Shown piece by piece: positions 1 through 10,400 of a stretch of DNA of 64,000 nucleotides. The translations under genes were made by a program, and so were the position numbers. Where the stretch lies: contig ADNK01002498.1 in NCBI GenBank assembly GCA_000320545.1, positions 3,515 through 67,514 of the forward strand, written 5' to 3'. The DNA is from Bigelowiella natans CCMP2755. Its lineage: Eukaryota > Protista > Cercozoa. Position 1 is the first letter of the stretch, and the number at the start of each line of letters is the position of its first letter. A model generated the notes under the pieces. That model saw only the letters and a list, made by a program, of their open reading frames with translations, was not told the origin of the DNA and ran no database searches.

Positions 1-459
1 TCATCTTCACTCTTTCGTCCACGTGCGGTCCTTGCAGTCGCAACTTACCGCTCCATCGACTCGTGCCGGAAGGAGCAGCACCCCGGCATTGGGCAGGGGG
101 GTATGAATGCCCAGAGCCGCGGTGGCCAAGAAACAACTGGTAGCGCCGCAATCCCCACGCGCATATTCTCTGAAGTTGTGAGTATCACCGTGAAACCAAC
201 CATCGATGACAGCGGAAACAGCAGCAGCAGTAGTGGTAGTAGTGGTAGCAGCAGTACTACCCACTTTCAGATGCCTCAAGGACGATCGGTGTTCCTTGGC
301 ATTCCAGTCGATATTCCTCGAGAAATCGAGCCCGTGGCAGATAGCATGTGCAAGGCGTCGCAAGGACGAGGAGGAGGTGTGCCTCATTTTATGTTACGCA
401 TAATAGAAGGAGAGAAAGCGGGGGGGGGGGGGGGGGTGGAGGAAAGTTGGAAGGATAAG

Positions 460-498
<39 letters not shown>

Positions 499-1198
499 CA
501 TCATTAGTGTTTATACTTCAACCCTTTTCAACAGGTAAGACTACCAGCTCTCCAGGGGCGAATGCCGGTTTTAGTCGTGACGACAGCATGCAAGTAGATA
601 TTGCCCAGGCTTATTGTAACTACTGGGAGGAGGCGCAGCAGGTGAGAACAAGAGTAGTATATACTTGATAGATGAGGGGGGGGGGGATGATGAAATGCAG
701 CATGTCACCAAAATTTAGAAAGTTGAGTAGAAGGTCTTTTTCAAAGAGGGTGTAAAAGGGGGGGGGGGATTAACGAAAATAGCACCGCTTAATCCAAGCT
801 TAGATATTGTTATCTAGAGAGTAGGGGGGTGGGGGGGTAGGGTGAAGTAGGCGTGTCGAACAGCTAGTAGTAGATTATGCATTGTCTTATAGTCATATAT
901 CCATCACTGACCACTTTTTGTTTCAACGCCTCTGCCCTTGAGAAGGTTTGGAACTCGAGCGCGTGCACAGTAGTGAGCAGGACGAAGGACATGGTGTGGT
1001 GTAATTGCTCACACCTGACCGAATTTGCAATACTGCAGGTCTTAATGCCACGTGTATCATTATGGATATGTTTATGTATGCATATGGATACTCGTGCCGA
1101 ACATAGCTCTCGCCTTAATTTCCCAAATCAACCACATCGCTCATTGAGCGAACCCCCTCGCTTCCTCCCTATTGTGGCACACTGATGTGTATATGTGT

Positions 1199-1283
<85 letters not shown>

Positions 1284-3440
1284 ATGTGTGTGTTGTGTGA
1301 CTGTATCTGTTCATCATTAGCGGTATGAAGAGTGCGGCGAGGATAAGTCTACGGACAACTACGCGATCTACGGCGCGTTCGCCGCCATTTGTGCCGCCAT
1401 TATGACGTTTGCTGGAATTCAATACATACAGATAGATATTCCCGGAAAGTATAAGAGCTACATCGGGCTGGGCCATGTGTTTGTCTTCATGCAGTGCCTC
1501 GCCAGGACCCTCACCTGCGCGCTGTATGGCAACTTCCTGCCGGGTTTTACGTTCGATTCGGTGGGGGCAGGGGGGCGGCTGGTGATCTCAGCAGTGCCAT
1601 ATTCGTTCTCCTACTGGACCTTCTCATTCCTCATTTTTCAATGGTAAGTGGAGGAAATTGATCGTGATGATGATGATGATGATACCCAAGCATTTTCTCT
1701 GCTTTTTCCTCAATCACTTCATTCGCCGCACCCCCTCGATTTATCTGCTTCTCATTCCGCTAACCCGTCTTTCATCATACGTCAGGTACGCGATCACGCA
1801 TAATAAAGGCCTATCTCGCACGCCTTTCAAGAGGGTTCAGAAGTGGTGGGTCATGTCCAATGTACTCGCAACTAGTCTCGTGTGGGCGACACTTGCCTAC
1901 GCTGTCTTCGATAAATCCAAGGAATCCTACATCGTTGGAACATGCGTCGTTGCGCTTATATTCCTCACCTTTGCGGTCACATCGCTTCTATACGGTTTCC
2001 AGCTCTACCGAATGGTAGCATGTCCCGAGGGCCATGGTAAAAAGCAGATGTAGTACAATTTATGATATAAACCGTCTGTGTGTTTGTGTGTGTGGGGGGG
2101 GTCGGTGAAAGTCTTGAGAATAATGATTTTCCTTATTATCTCAAACACAGGACCACAAAAAAACGCAGCTTCCAGAAGACGGAACGAGCAAGCGACCCAT
2201 TTCATGGTGGGTGTGAGACGATGATCATTGATCAAATCTAGCCTCGATTTGTTATGCATTTCATTTGTCTTTCATTCTTGTTTGGAGACGGGATGATCAT
2301 TCTCGTCGATGGCTTTCGTCTGGCACTCTTCTGATTTTCCCAATTGAATTTCTTAACGGTTTTCTGCGGATATGTTGGGAAGGACAAAGTAGCGAATTTT
2401 CACCCTCCGCTGAGTAGACGTACTTGAGGATACTGCTTCGTTATACATATTTAACGTATTTCCTTTTTCTCCCCACAGCGTGTGGCGGTCCTCGTCTTCT
2501 CTTGCTTCCTGATGCAGATGCTCATGAATGTCTTCGCTTCTGCTTTCTACGAGCAAGGTTGGATTGAAGAAGGGAGACGACACGCAATGAACGCACACTA
2601 AGCAAGGAGGGATAGTCTTTAATACATCCTGACACTCACTCACGCTGTGTCTCTCTCTCTCTCTCCTCTCCACTTCCTTCCTCTCCTCTATTTGCTGTTC
2701 CTCTAGGCGATGTCGTGCATGCGATGACAGCAGTGCATCTCGCTGCGGGTGCTGTTGCAGCACTGACGATTCTGATGCTCTACTACGGCGCTGTCAACAA
2801 TGCTTTGGGCAAAAAAAAGGTCGCCAGCGTTTTCTTTCTTATGTGCGCGTGAATTCTTGAGAATCTTACCGTGAATGAATCTCTTCGTTCATGTGAGTGT
2901 ATATTGCTTACAAATCGTACTCCTCCCATTTCTCCCACTGGTGGAAATATTGGTGAAATCTTGTCATGATGTCGGGCTTCAATAAGCCCACACGCATTGG
3001 GAAATGACTCTGTATTTCTGCCATACTTCTTTTCAAAATTCTCATCATACTACATCGAAAATCGGTCTGATTTACATGATCACCAAATGTTCCCTTCAGT
3101 TTGGCTCCAGGTCATCTGGCGCGTCTTCTGTTCGCTCTGGAATGACCTCGAATTCAGTACAAATGTCAGTGCGCTCGAGTAACAAGATGCTTGATTCAAT
3201 GCCGTCGATGCCGTTACAGCAGAGAAACACCAGATTTGTCAAAGTGGAACAAAAACGAGGAGAGAATGAAATTGGTGGAATGTCGCCCCAAAGGGATTCA
3301 ACAATTGGTATCCGCATTTCGTTTCCTTCGACGTGGTGTATTTTATGCTCAGTAAAAATAACTACGTTTTCTCAGGGATTACGTTCAATCGGGTTACCCG
3401 CTCTGGGAGCCGAAAAGGTGAATACACATCAAAATGCTAA
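1..3440 (+). CDS. GPS/GAIN-motif + 7TM adhesion-GPCR-like receptor, multi-exon, 5'-partial
   Basis: Spliced exons (..376, 535-641, 946-1038, 1321-~1643, ~1787-2035, ..., ~3100-3307, ~3376-3440) join in frame to give the GPS motif YCNYWEEAQQVWNSSACTVVSRTKDMVWCNCSHLTEFAIL. This is followed by about 7 hydrophobic helices (YAIYGAFAAICAAIMTFAGI; VPYSFSYWTFSFLIFQWY; IVGTCVVALIFLTFAVTSLLYGFQL) and a Ser-rich tail. Confidence 0.8.
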
Positions 3441-4954
3441 ATGTAGCTCGTGTGTGCACACACATGGCCTGCGTGCGTGCGCTTCTAGGTGCCCATTGTG
3501 CATGTTCCACCGCATGCTGAATTATTGTCATTTGCAAAACATAGGGAGGCCCGGCCAATCAACCATCAGCGCCGATAGGGTTCTGATCTAGATGAACCAA
3601 GCGCAACTCCGATTTCTTTCGACATTTTTTTGAACAATTTTGATGATCATCAATCGAAAGTAAGCCCTCTAGCTCTAGAGCTAGCTAGCCCTGCCATCGC
3701 CGCATATATCTGAGACAGAATGTGCGTGCATGTGTGCATGCTAGCGTGCATGCGTTTACGAATTCATGAAGCTCATGACATCGCGCGCACGTGCGCACTG
3801 TGGGGCAAGAGATGGCAAGAGTTGCTGGACTCTGCGCGAGCATGTGCGATCCGCTGGTTGACATGCGTGCTATAGCACAACATGGCGGCCATTGCATCAT
3901 GGACTATAGCTAGCTAGCTAGTTAGTACGTAGTGGACGCAGTAATGACATGTCATGCATGACATTTTGCACGCATGAGAGCGCGCGCGTTCTACACACCA
4001 GGTGCGTCTGTGCATTGTTTGCAGGTGCAGCACGCACTTGGCGCTAACTGTGCATGCCGCCCGACATCGTATCGAGCGAGGACATGACAGCCTAGACATG
4101 CTGATCTAGCAGCCACAGCGACGCACATACATCTAGACATGTAGACGCCATGCAAATAGAGCAGAACGTCAGATGCATGCAACGCCGCACGCAGTTCTAG
4201 AGTTATAGGCAGGTTAGCAGGTTAGCTGCTAGGTATAGTGGCATCAAAATGGCAGCTGTAATGACAGTGTGCGGAGAACACTGAACATCGCGCTGCGTTG
4301 CATGCGATGCAATGCGCAGCTGGCAATGTATAGCAGCATGGCTTGTGCCCACTGAGTGGCATGGCGGCAATGTCATGCAGCACGCACAAATGGTGCATAT
4401 GTACAATTGCACAGCTACATGAGGATGACCATGGAGCAAATTTAATTTAATTCATTGCATCCGTCTTACAATTCACTTAGCAGCTCGCATGAGTGATGAA
4501 AGCAATGCAACGATGAAATGACTTCAGCTGTCGACGCAACACTTTCGATTCCATGGCACAGTCTCATGCACCTTTTTTCTGCAAGTGAATTCGGACGAAA
4601 TGACATCCATGTATACTGAATCGAAGTTACCCCCTTGGTGTGAATTTCAATTTTGGAGCATCTGATTCAATTTACAAAATCAGACCAAGACTGTCAATCA
4701 GCAAACCCAAACCGGTAGGTGGATGTTCATCACACAAGATTCTGTCACCATCACCACTGTGTTGAAATGATGAAATTTATCTTTACATGGTGGCGAATGC
4801 TACGCATGTATGCTTATGCTGCCTCCCAACAAGCACAATTAAGAGAATCATCATTGTTTTTCATGCAGCTCCTTTCATCTTTTGCAATATTACATCTGGT
4901 ACATTAGCACCACCACCACCACCAACAACAACAACACCACCACCACCAACACCA

Positions 4955-6603
4955 TCAACAAGATCGGAGAAAACAGTACCGACCGGGCTGAATGGTCAGG
5001 TCAAATTGGTACCCAACATCGGAGAGGCTGCGCACTTCCTCCCCTGCAGCTGCCGTGGAATTGTCGATCTCTATCTTCCAATCTCTAACCAATTGCGTCA
5101 AAATAGCCTGAACTTCAAAGGCTGCGACACGGTATCCAGGGCATTTGCGTGCGCCCTGGGAAAAGGGGGCTCGCATGAACACGTGGTCAATCACATGCGA
5201 CGGGCTGCCCTCCCTCTCCTTTAAAGATTCTGGTAAGAAACGCTCCGGTTGGAACTCATGTGGATTATCAACATATTCTGGATCATTCTGTAGAGGATAC
5301 GTTATCAGGGAAGCGATGCTGCCGCGGGGGATGATATGCCCGCCTACCTCAACATCACTCGCCACTTTCTTCACCACGGAATCGATCAAGGGTGGACGAA
5401 TTCTATACGTCTCGCGAATGACGGCGTCTAGATAGCATATACCTTGTCCAGTCAGGACATCCTTCTCCGATAGCCCCCGTTTTTCGCCATCGTAATAAGC
5501 AGATATGATTTCACTATGGAGACGTTCTTGTGCGCCGGGATTTAGGGCGAGGTTTATGACGTTCCAGTTGATGAGAGAGCTTGTTGTATCAGTCGAAGCA
5601 CCGAGAAGGCTAAGCATCAACTGCTTGATATCATCTTCGGTAACAGTGCTTTTATATTCTGCTGCTCTCATGAAAGAGAGCGTAGCGGACAGGTATGAGT
5701 CTCGCTCAACGTCCTCGATGCAGCCTTCATTGTAACGCCTCACAAATTCATCTACCACCCTCTCACTATATGCAGATAATTGATCCAACGCATCGTAATA
5801 ATCAAGCAATTGTGCTGTCTGGTAGCCTACTCTGTGAAGGAATATTTCCCGTGGGGAGAAGAGTATCTCTCGCACGATTTGGCCAGATTTTATGGACACC
5901 TCACAAAACTGTACATCCCTTACATCAGGATCGGAGGACGGGTCTGCTACCCCCATCGGTTTCCCATAAAAGGCGGAGCAGAACATATCAAATGACGCTC
6001 TAGCGGAGAAGCTATTCAAGTCGTCTCTGAAAAATGGCGCCCCTTTGCTTGCAACTTTGGCCGCTAACATAATGTTTGACGCGTATTTTTCGGGAGCGAT
6101 TGAAGGAGTGAAGAGGTTCCTCTGCATGACTGAACGGAGTCTTTTCCAACTTTCACCATGCGAAAAGAAGTCTGTTAATGCTTTCTTATTCCTGTCTCGA
6201 AACCACGCTTTGAGGGGCCACAATACCTACGGGGCATCAGTGGAAAACGACAAACTGTACGACATTTGGGTAAACATGTTCTGTTGCGGTGAAGTACCTC
6301 TATACCCCCTGACGGATACCGCCCTTCATTTTGAATGATTTTGAGATACTCCTTCGGATTGGTAATATTATATATCGTTCCCGCCAGACCAGTCCCCATC
6401 CCAGGAATGTTGGAGATAAAGACGTCACTTCCTACAGGCTTGCAGAGCTCGTTGTAGTTGTCTAGGTAAATCTGAAACTGATTCCTTTTCGGATCCCCAT
6501 ACCTCTTCTCGTAGTACGGCATCGATCCGAAGACAAGATGCCTGGGCACAGAGGGGATTGCCTTAGATGACGATGAAAGGAATGATGGCAGGGACGACGT
6601 CAT
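4955..6603 (-). CDS. Cytochrome P450 (mitochondrial-clan-like motifs), 2 exons
   Basis: A 71-bp GT..AG intron at 6297-6227 joins ORFs 6175..6741 and 4955..6223 (GGIE|VLWPLK). Motifs: WKRLR C-helix, ASTDTT I-helix, ETYR (ExxR), PERF, and heme motif FSQGARKCPG. Confidence 0.93.
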
Positions 6604-7023
6604 GGGGAGGAGATACCCACGTCTAACTCCGAATACCAAAACCAGCGAGAAACCTGAAATCCTGGATTTTCTACTTGCGACAAATTGTTCCGCATGTCGT
6701 AAATGAAAAATGGGAAGACATTTCGCAATTTTTTGTTCCAACTAGACTTAGTTTTTGATTGTCGCAGAGGATGATCGTCCTTGCTTGCTCTTTTGTCGAT
6801 GCTCCGGCAACTGCGACAGCCGATGCTTCATTCTTTGTCCTTTCGAATCAAGAATTGGAAGTGCTTCATTCATTCATCAAGCCTGTTCATTTGTTCATGC
6901 GAGCAGTGAGTTTAGGAGCGGAATGACGCTTGGCAAGAGATGCCAACACGATTCAATTCTTTCTTTTTTTCTTTGTTCGTTCCGCCTGTGGCCATTTTCT
7001 TGAGAGATCAATTGAGTCATCAA

Positions 7024-7349
7024 TGTTGCGCGTAAGGTGTTCACAGGCCGAGGCGCTACGTGCACAAGTAGGCAGGGGGGGGGAAAGGCACGTTTGCTTC
7101 CTTTTGAAGAGTTGTGTTTATTTTTATTAAAGATTATATTTTTATTAAATCGTGCACTGCGTAATCATTCGCGAAGCTTTCGCGAATGCCGCCGCACGTG
7201 GGGCAGCACACTTCCGGTGTGCTGCCATGAGTCCCGCCGGAACCCACGTGCCTATGCTGTATTAATATCTACGTTATCTATATTCTATATCCGCGACAAC
7301 CCCTTTGTTGTCGCACGTGACTTGTGCCCGCGTAGTGGTACGCGCTACA
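7024..7349 (-). repeat. Gypsy 3' LTR (326 bp)
   Basis: Direct repeat of 12414-12739; preceded on the minus strand by a polypurine tract. Confidence 0.97.
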
Positions 7350-7358
7350 CCTCCCCCA
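7350..7358 (-). other. Gypsy polypurine tract
   Basis: Minus-strand TGGGGGAGG abuts the 3' LTR start TGTAGCG. Confidence 0.85.
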
Positions 7359-7400
7359 AGTCACGTTGCTCCTTCCTTCCTTCCTTATTCCCTTAGACCT

Positions 7401-10400
7401 TCATCGCTTTCGGAACTTCACCAACCACCAGGTAATAGATTCCTCTCTAACCTTATCTCCTTTGTCGCTTACCCAGAACTCACCTTCGTCCTTAGGTTCG
7501 TGTCCATACCAGCCCTCTGCATCAAGGTCCCCCAGGACCTTATACCAGTGCTCAAAGGGTAAGTCGGGAACAGCTAGGTAGAGTAGCTGATATTTTCCGT
7601 CCTTTATTTTCATAGCTACCCTCTCCATATTTCGTAATCCAGGGTAGCCTAGATAGACAATCTTCATGCGCCAATCGTCGTTCACCCTGACCTTATTGTT
7701 TCCATATTCCACATCGAACTTAGGTCGGGGTCCTAAACAAGGCATTGCTCGCTCCCACACAGTAGGGTTTACTTTAACATCCTCTAGGAGCTTCTCACCG
7801 ATATCATAATTCTTTAGGTGACTGATGTGGCGCAAGGTGACCCTGTTCCCATCATAGATGTAGTACTGCTTCCTCCCCTTCCTCTCGGTAACCTTTGCAA
7901 CGCCACCCCAGAAGGGGTCTTGTTTATTTCTCGATCTCAGATTTACCTTGGCCCTAACATACTGTCCTTCCTTTAGAACTCGGCCATCGTACGGGACCTT
8001 CTCGTCTTCGCTCTCGGTATCGTCGTCGTTGTCGTCGCCTTCTTCCCTCTCCTTATCCTTGATACCTCCCCCAGACGTGAAGGTGTCGTTTACTAACCCT
8101 TGTATCTTGTCTGGTGTGGTGCTATTTATCCTGCTTAGGTTGGCCAAGGTGCGGTGGAGTCGCTCTACCTTGGAGTTGGACTGGGCATAGTATACAGGTG
8201 AGGCATCAATATTAGGGTGTGGTAGCTGTAGAAGAGAGGTCTCATTATCCACATGTAACTTCTTTGGTATCTTGTTTATGCTAACTTCATCAGGGATAGC
8301 CTGGAGCTCAGACTCCCAGGTACGGTAGCAGTTAGTAAGCCTCTGCTTATATAAGCCTTTGTTCTTCTTAGCAACGTTGACCTTGATAATCTTTTTAACC
8401 CAGCACTTTCCAGTGGCCACATCAACGAAGGTAAGGTAGTGATAGCCATCGTACTTATAAACATCAATTTGCACGATATCTAAGAAGTTCCTTGCTTTGA
8501 TTTTCTTAGATGCACGGCTCTTGCTGGACTCCTTGGTGGCGACGCCTGCCGCCTTCAAGCTGGAGCACCTGCAGCCACGCAGGTATGTCCTTATCTCTTT
8601 TAGCTTGTAGGGCCAGTAGTAATGGTAGAGTAGAGCAGTGATATGGTTTTCTCCTACGTGTGCAGGTCCATGGGCGGTAAAGAGAAGGGCTCCCCTGGTC
8701 CGCCGTGGCACGTAGGTACGCCTAACATTATTAGTGTATACATATATCCTATCACTAAGTACCTCATGCTTGTGTTTGTATTTATCCAGGTGTTCTTGAA
8801 GGTGCTGGAGCTCCTCTGGCTCAGGCAGGAAGTCGCCGTCCTCGAAGGTAATCGCGTTAACCATAGGGGTGACCTGGGTAGGGACTTTCTTTTCGAACAG
8901 CCTGCTGAAATAGTCAGCAAGCTGCTTGTCTCCTGGTGCGTAGACCACTGTCCTCTTGTCCCTAAACTCTTCCGTGTCCGCCCTCATAGCTGCATACTCA
9001 TCGTTAGGCGCTTCGAGCTTGCGGTCGATGCCTAGGAGGGGCTTGTGGTCAGTCATTAAGGTGAAGCTGGGCACCGACAGCAGGTAGTATCTTAGTTTCC
9101 TCTGCGCCTCAGTCATGGCTTTATACTCTCCTTTTGTAGGGCTGTACTTGGCCTCAGCTGCTGTGCAGGCCCTGCCCCACACCCGTATGATCTGCTGGTC
9201 TTGGGTAAGTACAGCAGCCATACCTAGCTTAGACCAGTCTGTCCATAGGGTAGCTGGTCTAGTAGTGTCTAGCTTAGCATTCAATAGGGTGTTGCTGCAT
9301 AACTTTATTAGGTTATCGAAGTGGGCATCAAGGCCAGCCTTGGCCCACACCTTAGCGAAGCTGAGGCCTACAGAGTTCTCCTTCCGGTAAGCAGTAGTAA
9401 AAGCAGCTGCAGTCCTAGCGTAGGTAGGGGAGAACCTACGTAGTATCCAAGCTGCAGTCTGCAAGAATGACTTTAACTCCTTTGCATTCTTAGGTTTAGG
9501 GGCTTGCTGTAGTGCTGCTACTTTCTCGGGGTTTGGGGTGATGCGGCCTTGCTCCAGGTAATATCCACACCACTTGATTCTTGTAGCTAGGAATGTACAC
9601 TTCTGCAGTCTAATAGTAAAACCGAAGTGTGCAAACCTAATAAATATATTTTCCAGGAGGAAGATCTGAGCGACGACTGTGTTGGTACATATTATGTCAT
9701 CATCCACATACACAAACACAAACACCCACAACACAGACGCCATCCCATCATGTGTGTATGCCCTGTAGTTCTGACTACTGAACGCATCCCCTGATATGCT
9801 TAGGCCGTAAGGGAATACGACGAAGTGCCACTTCCTGTGCCTGCTGGAGAACGCGGTAATGGGGCGGGAGGTTTTGTGGATGGGTGTCTGCATGTATGAT
9901 TCATTTTTATCTAGGGAAGAGTAGTATTTGTATCCTATGACGTGTTCAATAACGTCATCTATCCTTGGTGTAGGTGTCTGGATCCTCTTTATTACTCGGT
10001 TGTGGCGGATGAAGTTGTGCGCCAGGCGGAAGAAAGGGTAAGTAGGTTTCTTAGCTAGCACATGTCTCACGTTCCATGGTGAGTTGCTTGGCTCTATCTT
10101 CCCTTCCTTTGCCCATTCATTGATCTGCCACTCTATCTTTTCCCAGTCCGCTTCCGGTCGCCTATGTTCTGGGTCATTGATGATGCACTCTTCGTATCCC
10201 TTCTTTAGCTCGATCTTTACTGGGGTAAGCTTGCTGGAGGGCTTCGTCGTCGGCTTGGTGATGTCAGAGTACTTCTCGTTTAATATTTTATTAATGTACT
10301 TTTTGCCTTTGTCGATATCCCAATCATCAGCTGGGGGGGTCTTGTCCAGTAGCTCCGTTATCTGTCGGATGGTCTTGCCGGGGTTCTTCTTCCGTAGCTC

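Noticed and set aside
6175-6300. Apparent frameshift/pseudogene in the P450
   Set aside because: A canonical 71-bp GT..AG intron (6297-6227) restores the frame.
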